From Felis catus (Eukaryota): 64,000 nt of DNA. The stretch lies in assembly GCF_018350175.1 (NCBI RefSeq), contig NC_058368.1:175648001-175712000 (forward strand), in the 5' to 3' direction. Under the pieces are notes generated by a model. That model ran no database searches, had not been told where the DNA came from, and saw only the letters and a list, made by a program, of their open reading frames with translations. This document shows positions 63,524-64,000 of the stretch, piece by piece. Each line of letters opens with the position of its first letter. Within the stretch, counting starts at the first letter, position 1. A program made the translations under genes and the position numbers.

Positions 63524-64000
63524 AGAAAACGTGGCCACCCCGGTATTCCCTACACGGTGACAAGCAGCTGGAGCTTGACTTGGTGCTGCTCCCTGAGGCT
63601 CTGCAGTCCATAGCTGGCCACAGTCCCTGCCTCTCTCTCTCTTGCCTCCTGGACAGCACAGCCCCGTGTCGCCTGGTGTCACCTGCAGTTACCCTCATGC
63701 TGGAGCCACCGCGTTCTGAACGTGTGGCCCACTTCCCTCTTTGATAGGATCCGCCCTGGCCTGGGGGCATAGGTTTATGGTTCAGGTCTCGGAGTATTTC
63801 CTTTGGAAAAAAAAAAAATGTGTTGGGAGATCAAGCTGTATACATGTTCCAAGCCCTCAGTACCATGTTACCTGTTGTTACATAATCCTGAGTCATCTCT
63901 CTCCAACTCTCCTGGTAGCTGTGTTCCCTCTGAAATCTTCCTCCTCACATCCATTTGGAAATAGAAGATCCTGCCTGCAATCACGGTTGGGCTTTTTCCC

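Noticed and set aside
1..64000. CRISPR array, prokaryotic system, intact ERV or foreign insert
   Set aside because: No regularly spaced repeats, gag/pol/env ORFs or gene-dense segment; the window looks like mammalian repeat-rich DNA throughout

Overview
This window is felid (cat-family) genomic DNA that appears entirely or almost entirely non-coding (intergenic or deep intronic). The felid call rests on about 20 tRNA-derived CAN-SINEs of the SINEC_Fc type and a cat-type L1 3' end. The rest is mostly ancient mammalian repeats (MIR, L2, L1M, MaLR/MLT and ERVL LTRs, hAT MERs), microsatellites, long G/C runs and several repeat-poor unique blocks. I recognise no protein-coding gene, RNA gene, CRISPR array or CpG-island promoter, and nearly all ORFs in the track are chance or repeat-derived. 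I cannot support a claim of a novel biological system. The best leads are a 342-nt open, phase-symmetric candidate exon (48354-48695), a nested retrotransposon cluster with partly readable insertion order (34.8-36.0 kb), four very young SINEs, recurrent Maf/NRF2-type motifs, motif-dense enhancer candidates and two unusual palindromes. Repeat subfamily names come from my recall of consensus sequences, and boundaries of old repeats are approximate.
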